This document shows, in pieces, positions 35,931-41,131 of a stretch of 41,131 nt of DNA. Position numbers and translations under genes: made by a program. The DNA is taken from contig JALRIY010000001.1 of the NCBI GenBank assembly GCA_023255285.1, forward strand, positions 13,875-55,005, written 5' to 3'. Below the pieces are notes generated by a model that saw nothing but the letters and a program-made list of their open reading frames with translations, was not told the DNA's origin and ran no database searches. Origin of the DNA: Algoriphagus sp. (lineage in GTDB: Bacteria; Bacteroidota; Bacteroidia; Cytophagales; Cyclobacteriaceae). Position 1 is the first letter of the stretch; every line of letters begins with the position of its first letter.

Positions 35931-36382
35931 ATGAATTTAAACAAGCGGTCTACCATACTGCAATTAATCAATTGAAGCAAAAAGAAGCCCTTCTTGCAGA
36001 AGAGCGAAAAAATATCATTGAAAGTATTTTAGAGGAAGAAAAAAATAGTGCAGGAGATAAATACGAGACCAGTCGGGAGACAATGACCCAGGATCTCAAT
36101 TCATTAGAAAAACAAATCAAGCAAAGTAAGTTGGATTTAGAAGAATTGTATCGCCTACAAACCATCAAAGATACCCCGGCTACAGTGCAGGAAGGAGCTT
36201 TGGTTCAGCTTGGAACAGAATGGTTCTTGCTCGCCGTCAGCGTAGGCCAAGTAAAAGTAGCAGATAAACATGTGTTTTTGCTTAGCAAAAATTCCCCTCT
36301 TGGGGACCTTTTAGTGGGTAGGAAAAAACTGGAGGCAATTCAGTTTAGAGGGAAGACACAAACAATTTTTGAACTACTTTAA
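35927..36382 (+). CDS. GreA/GreB-like coiled-coil protein
   Basis: Coiled coil with K.SAGDKYET.R at the tip; V..GALV; S..SPLG..L.G C-terminal motif. Confidence 0.7.
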   Translation: MNEFKQAVYHTAINQLKQKEALLAEERKNIIESILEEEKNSAGDKYETSRETMTQDLNSLEKQIKQSKLDLEELYRLQTIKDTPATVQEGALVQLGTEWFLLAVSVGQVKVADKHVFLLSKNSPLGDLLVGRKKLEAIQFRGKTQTIFELL

Positions 36383-36539
36383 ATTGGAGGCATTTGTTTT
36401 TGGGGACAATCAGGTTCTTTTCTTCAAATAAAAGAGAACTCTTTTTAAAGTCAATGAAGTAAGCGGTATTGGTCTGCTGCAATCGAGCGCGTAGCTGCAG
36501 GGGTTAAATTGCTACTTTAGCCAACGGTGAATGGGTAGA

Positions 36540-37514
36540 TTATTTTTTCCGTTCGATAGAATAAACGACGAGGTCGTGTAAAGACGATTTGTATGCTGAA
36601 TCGGGGAAGTCTTTCAATAAGGAAAGGGCTTCTTGGTAAAATTCTGTCATTTTTTGTTGCGCATAGGCCAGTCCTCCGCTTTTTTTTACAAAGTTGATGA
36701 CCTCATTGACTGCTTTTTTGTCCTCAGATCGATTTCGAATGAGGTACATGATTTTCTTTTTCTCTAACCAATCGGCATTACGAAGTGCAAAAATTAGGGG
36801 TAGGGTCATCTTTTTTTCCTTAATGTCAATTCCTACTGGTTTCCCAATTTCATCCTCCCCGTAATCAAAAAGATCATCTTTGATTTGGAAGGCCATCCCT
36901 ACTTTTTCGCCAAAATTCCACATACGCTGTATGGTTTCCTCATCTGTACTTACACTAGAAGCACCTACCGAACAACAAGATGCGATCAAACTAGCAGTTT
37001 TTTGGCGAATAATTTCATAGTAAACATCCTCTTCGACATCTAGCTTCCTCGCCTTGTAACTTTGTAATAATTCTCCCTCTGACATCTCACGAACCGCATT
37101 GGATACAATTCGTAGTAGGTGAAAGTCGTTGTGCTCTACACTGAGCAAGAGGCCTCTGGAGAGGAGGTAGTCTCCTACCAATACGGCAATTTTATTTTTC
37201 CAAAGCGCATTGATTGAAAAAAAGCCTCTTCGGTAGTTGGCGTCATCTACCACATCGTCATGAACTAAGGAAGCGGTATGCAATAGTTCGATCAATGCAG
37301 CTCCTCGATGGGTAGATTCGTTGATCTGTCCACAAACTCCAGCGGTCAAAAAAACGAACATCGGGCGCATCTGCTTGCCCTTTCGCTTAACGATGTAATG
37401 CGTAATGTGGTCCAGTAACTTGACCTTACTCTTCATAAAGTCCCTGAACTTATGTTCAAACTGAGCCATTTCGGGCTCAATTGGGACTTGAATTTGCTTG
37501 AGGTCTAGTTTCAT
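36540..37514 (-). CDS. Polyprenyl diphosphate synthase (IspB-like)
   Basis: GKQMRP, HTASLVHDDVVD..RRG, GDYLL, KTA, AFQIKDD; ATG at 37514 preferred. Confidence 0.93.
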   Translation of the reverse strand: MKLDLKQIQVPIEPEMAQFEHKFRDFMKSKVKLLDHITHYIVKRKGKQMRPMFVFLTAGVCGQINESTHRGAALIELLHTASLVHDDVVDDANYRRGFFSINALWKNKIAVLVGDYLLSRGLLLSVEHNDFHLLRIVSNAVREMSEGELLQSYKARKLDVEEDVYYEIIRQKTASLIASCCSVGASSVSTDEETIQRMWNFGEKVGMAFQIKDDLFDYGEDEIGKPVGIDIKEKKMTLPLIFALRNADWLEKKKIMYLIRNRSEDKKAVNEVINFVKKSGGLAYAQQKMTEFYQEALSLLKDFPDSAYKSSLHDLVVYSIERKK

Positions 37515-37888
37515 TGCGGTTGAATGGTGTAAAAATACCATGCTTTTTGGCATGGGCAATATTTTTAGAGCTTCCTTTTTATGCAACTCACATTCAGGGA
37601 GAGAGGTTTCGATAATTTTGAGTATTTTATTAGATGGGTTTTACGTTTAACCCCCCAATTAGGGTTTGCGTAGTGGTGCTTTGGTTTCCTTTGTCTTAGA
37701 AGTGTACGCACAAACTAATTTCTCCTGCTTATCTATCAACATTCTCCAGCTTGCTGTCAACGCTGCGTAGATGACTTTTAGTAGCAAAAAATCCGACCAC
37801 CCAATCGATAGATAATTTTTGCAGGGATTAGGGGTGATACTAACCATCGTGGATCCCAAAATTTTTATGAGATCAGCTTCAGGAAAGC

Positions 37889-39661
37889 TTGCTACTGAAT
37901 AATACTACCGTCGACAGTTCCTTTTTTCCTATCTTTGAGGGGTTTTACAAACAGATTTACCAATTGAAGGAGCACTACATCAAGCACCAATACGATCCTA
38001 TTTTGCCCAAAAAGCAAGAATGGCCTGTGGTTAGGCTTGCCCGTGAGCGTAAAGAATTTGTAAAAAAGGTAGCGAGTCAAGCTGAGCAAAGAATTTTGGA
38101 TTTGATTGGAAAAAACCCAGAAATTCTAAAAGAAGAACTTGAAACCACTCTTTACCGAGAAAAGCTGCGTATTAAGCAAAATCCTTGGGATGTAGACCCC
38201 GATGATGAAGGGCCTTTTTGGGGAGAAGTGAAAACTAACTTACTCCAAATCCATGCCTCAGTTTCCCTTTCCAAAACCAAGAAAATGGAAGCCTACAGGG
38301 AAGTATTGCAAAAAATTACTTCCAGGTATTCAGAAGAAATTGCTTCCAATTTTAAGGCCTCACACTACAAGTTTACCCGGAGGGTAGTCACCTTTGGTTT
38401 TTCAAGATTACTCAATGCGGCTCGTGTAAAAGGCTTTGGCTCTTTTTTCAGCAATCAATATTCCCTTCAAGATAAAATCCAAATTACGGGACAGACTACT
38501 CAGATACGAGAGTTGGCAACCAAAGGTACCATTGTTATGGTCCCTACTCATTTTTCGAATTTGGATAGCATCTTGATTGGATGGATTATCTCGGTCCTAG
38601 GGATGCCTCCCTTTATTTATGGTGCAGGCTTAAACCTATTTAATATTTCAATTTTTGCTTACTTTATGAACGCTTTGGGAGCATACAAAGTGGACCGGAG
38701 AAAGAAGAATTTGATGTACTTGGAGACCCTCAAAACATATTCCAAGGAAGCAATTCAGTTTGGGTGTCACAGCTTGTTCTTCCCGGGTGGAACTCGTTCC
38801 AGGAGTGGGATCATTGAGTCGAAATTGAAGCTAGGACTACTAAGTACCGCTATTGAGGCACAAAGAGCTAATTTTCAGAATGGGATTAAGGAGGTTTCTG
38901 GTAAGATTTTTATAGTGCCCGTGACGATCAATTATCACTTTGTACTGGAGGCCCCAAGTCTTATCCAAGATTACTTGAGTATGACTGGACAAGAGCGATA
39001 TTACAAAGAGAATGATGAGTTTTCTACCTCTTACAAAATCTCGAAATTCCTTTTCAAATTTTTCACCAAGGGATCAGATATTTCTGTTTCCATAGGGCAA
39101 GCCATGGACGTGATGGGCAATTACGTAGATGAGGAAGGAAATAGCTTGGACAAATGGGGGCGAATCGTAGATACTCAAGAATATTTTATGTCCAATGGCA
39201 AAGTGACGGTAGATGCCCAGCGAGAAGAAGAATATACCCAAATGCTGGGTAGACGTATCGTGGAGGAGTTTCATAAAATCAATCGCGTATTTAGTTCCCA
39301 CTTAGTAGCTTTTGTAGCATTTGAACTGATTCAAGCAAAAAATTCCAAGCTTGACTTATTTGACTTAATCCGACTTCCTCAGGAGGATTTGATCCTCGAT
39401 TATCAGGAATTCAAATCTGCTTGCCAGCGGGTGATGCACCAAATCTTGGAGTTGAAAAAACAAGGAAAAATAGATACAGCTCCACACCTTAGCCGCACCA
39501 TGGATGAAATTATCGCCCATGGATTGGAAAACGTAGGTATGTATCATGCCAAACGACCGTTGATTCAGTCACCTACTGGAGACTTGGCTACGGAGGACAT
39601 GAGCTTGCTTTATTTTTATCACAACAGACTACATGGGTATGGCCTTGAAAAACTCTTCTAA
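37889..39661 (+). CDS. Glycerol-3-phosphate acyltransferase (PlsB/PlsC superfamily)
   Basis: PTHFSNLD (HxxxxD), GAG.NL, FFPGGTRSRSG; upstream of gpsA; start codon uncertain. Confidence 0.85.
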   Translation: MLLNNTTVDSSFFPIFEGFYKQIYQLKEHYIKHQYDPILPKKQEWPVVRLARERKEFVKKVASQAEQRILDLIGKNPEILKEELETTLYREKLRIKQNPWDVDPDDEGPFWGEVKTNLLQIHASVSLSKTKKMEAYREVLQKITSRYSEEIASNFKASHYKFTRRVVTFGFSRLLNAARVKGFGSFFSNQYSLQDKIQITGQTTQIRELATKGTIVMVPTHFSNLDSILIGWIISVLGMPPFIYGAGLNLFNISIFAYFMNALGAYKVDRRKKNLMYLETLKTYSKEAIQFGCHSLFFPGGTRSRSGIIESKLKLGLLSTAIEAQRANFQNGIKEVSGKIFIVPVTINYHFVLEAPSLIQDYLSMTGQERYYKENDEFSTSYKISKFLFKFFTKGSDISVSIGQAMDVMGNYVDEEGNSLDKWGRIVDTQEYFMSNGKVTVDAQREEEYTQMLGRRIVEEFHKINRVFSSHLVAFVAFELIQAKNSKLDLFDLIRLPQEDLILDYQEFKSACQRVMHQILELKKQGKIDTAPHLSRTMDEIIAHGLENVGMYHAKRPLIQSPTGDLATEDMSLLYFYHNRLHGYGLEKLF

Positions 39662-40697
39662 ATCTCAGCCCATTGGTGTAATTGGAGTGGGGAGCTTTGG
39701 CACAGCCATTGCCAATATGCTTGCAGAAAAAAATGAGGTGTTAGTTTATTCGCGTAAACAAGAAGTAGTAGATGAAATCAATACTCTTCATAGTGCTTCT
39801 GGTAAACTTTTAAACCCAAAAATTAAGGCCACATTTTCGCCAGAAAAACTATGCAGTGCTTGTGGCGTATTATTTTTTATGATTCCCTCTGCTGCTTTTT
39901 TAGAAGTAACCCGGACATTTGCTCCCTTTTTGCATCCCTATCACCTAGTTATTCATGGAACCAAAGGATTGGTTGTTCAGCTTTTTGATGGAGAGGAGTT
40001 GGCTACAGTGGCCCAGCTTCGCCGAAATCAAATCCTTACCATGAGTGAGGTGATTGTTCAAGAAACCCTTGCCGTACGGGTAGGCTGTTTGGCAGGCCCC
40101 AATATTTCGAAAGAACTTACTGATGGGCAGCCGGCGGCAACCGTGATTGCGAGCAAATACAATGAAGTCATTCACGAAGGGCAGCGCTTGCTGCGCTCTG
40201 AAAAATTTCAAGTTTATGGAAACTCAGATATTATCGGTGTAGAACTCAGTGGCGTTCTCAAAAATATTATCGCCATTGCCGCAGGGGCCTTGGCAGGTCT
40301 AGGTCTGGGTGAAAATGCCAAAGGACTATTGATCTCGCGAGGCATCGTAGAAATGGCACATTTAAGTAAAGCACTCGGAGGTACTGCTAGCTCAGTTATT
40401 GGCCTAGCAGGTATTGGCGATTTGGTGACCACTTGTAACTCCTCGGATTCCAGGAATTTTACCGTTGGATATCGACTTGCCAAAGGGGAAAGTTTACCTC
40501 AAATTTTAGAGGATTTGGAAGAGGTAGCAGAAGGAGTCAATACCATTCGAATCGTAGACGCTTTTTTGAAAACGGCAGGTATCCGTGCACCCATTACCGA
40601 AAATTTACACCGCGTTCTTTTTGAAGATCTACCCATAGAAGAGGCCCTTCAGTTTTTGATGAAATACCCTTTTAGTGTGGATATAGATTTTGTTTAA
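39639..40697 (+). CDS. gpsA: NAD(P)H-dependent glycerol-3-phosphate dehydrogenase
   Basis: GVGSFGTAIA, TKG, GPN, GVEL.G.LKN, GLAGIGDL..TC....SRN, VAEG. Confidence 0.95.
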   Translation: MALKNSSKSQPIGVIGVGSFGTAIANMLAEKNEVLVYSRKQEVVDEINTLHSASGKLLNPKIKATFSPEKLCSACGVLFFMIPSAAFLEVTRTFAPFLHPYHLVIHGTKGLVVQLFDGEELATVAQLRRNQILTMSEVIVQETLAVRVGCLAGPNISKELTDGQPAATVIASKYNEVIHEGQRLLRSEKFQVYGNSDIIGVELSGVLKNIIAIAAGALAGLGLGENAKGLLISRGIVEMAHLSKALGGTASSVIGLAGIGDLVTTCNSSDSRNFTVGYRLAKGESLPQILEDLEEVAEGVNTIRIVDAFLKTAGIRAPITENLHRVLFEDLPIEEALQFLMKYPFSVDIDFV

Positions 40698-40701
40698 AAG
40701 G

Positions 40702-40940
40702 ATTATCCGCAATCATACCAGCAGCTCAGCTCACCTATTTAAAACTGTAGATAATCGTTGACAGCTAATAGGCCACGGCCCACAGGCAGTCAACTGTCCA
40801 CCTAATTGAATCTCAAACCTTTTTCTCTCTGGGTAGTGGCGAAAAAGCGGATAATCAGATTGTTTAATATAATTATCCGCAATCCTATCAAAAGATAAAT
40901 AGGGAGTAAATACTGCCTATAATTGTCAACGGTTGATTGT
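40702..40940 (+). repeat. Cluster of REP-like elements (copies B and C plus an inverted half)
   Basis: attatccgcaatc at 40702 and 40872; gcggataat at 40847; gacagctaatag (40760) shared with 21755; tgtcaacggttgattgt (40924) vs tgtcgacggttgattgt (27585). Confidence 0.7.
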
Positions 40941-41131
40941 CCATAGCCGTCAGCAGATGGTAATTAAAGAGACAAAGTGTGGCACAACCACGATTGACTG
41001 TGGTCCTTTAGCGGTGGACTATCTGTTCAGTTAACGGTCTTTAGCGCACTTTTATTGAACTTATCCTCTTGCATTTTTCTATGTTGCTGCCAAAGTGGAT
41101 GGTCAGTTTATCCAAAATCTTTAGTGAATCT

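Noticed and set aside
37515-37888. 374-nt divergent intergenic region with a 66-aa minus ORF; possible sRNA or riboswitch
   Set aside because: No recognisable protein motif, riboswitch consensus or strong stem seen by eye; an Rfam scan would settle it.

Overview
Mostly core chromosome of a Bacteroidota bacterium. The gene set, TAnnTTTG (-7)/TTTG (-33) promoters and a PorE-like lipoprotein suggest Cytophagales/Cyclobacteriaceae (Algoriphagus-like; inference). The window holds about 40 CDSs: hemH, a CPA2 antiporter plus USP, two M14 peptidases, an ECF sigma/anti-sigma/DUF4252 operon, Fe-S oxidoreductase genes, a GH3/beta-lactamase-fold fusion, mutL plus two rhomboids, rlmN, ccmCDEF, recR/clpS, a polyprenyl synthase, an acyltransferase and gpsA. 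It also has two tRNA genes (Phe-GAA, Ala-GGC). The most unusual locus is 30585-31096. There a tRNA promoter drives a tRNA-Ala look-alike whose anticodon arm is exactly replaced by a GC-rich 7-bp hairpin. It is followed by the intact tRNA-Ala and then a frameshifted small GIY-YIG nuclease whose stop codon lies in another tRNA-5'-like remnant. Other oddities are a tRNA-Phe with a mispaired acceptor stem, a dispersed REP-like 3' element, 7-nt-periodic intergenic tracts and a pseudo-enzyme/enzyme M14 pair. No CRISPR array, integrase, transposase or rRNA was seen. All calls are by eye; no searches were run.
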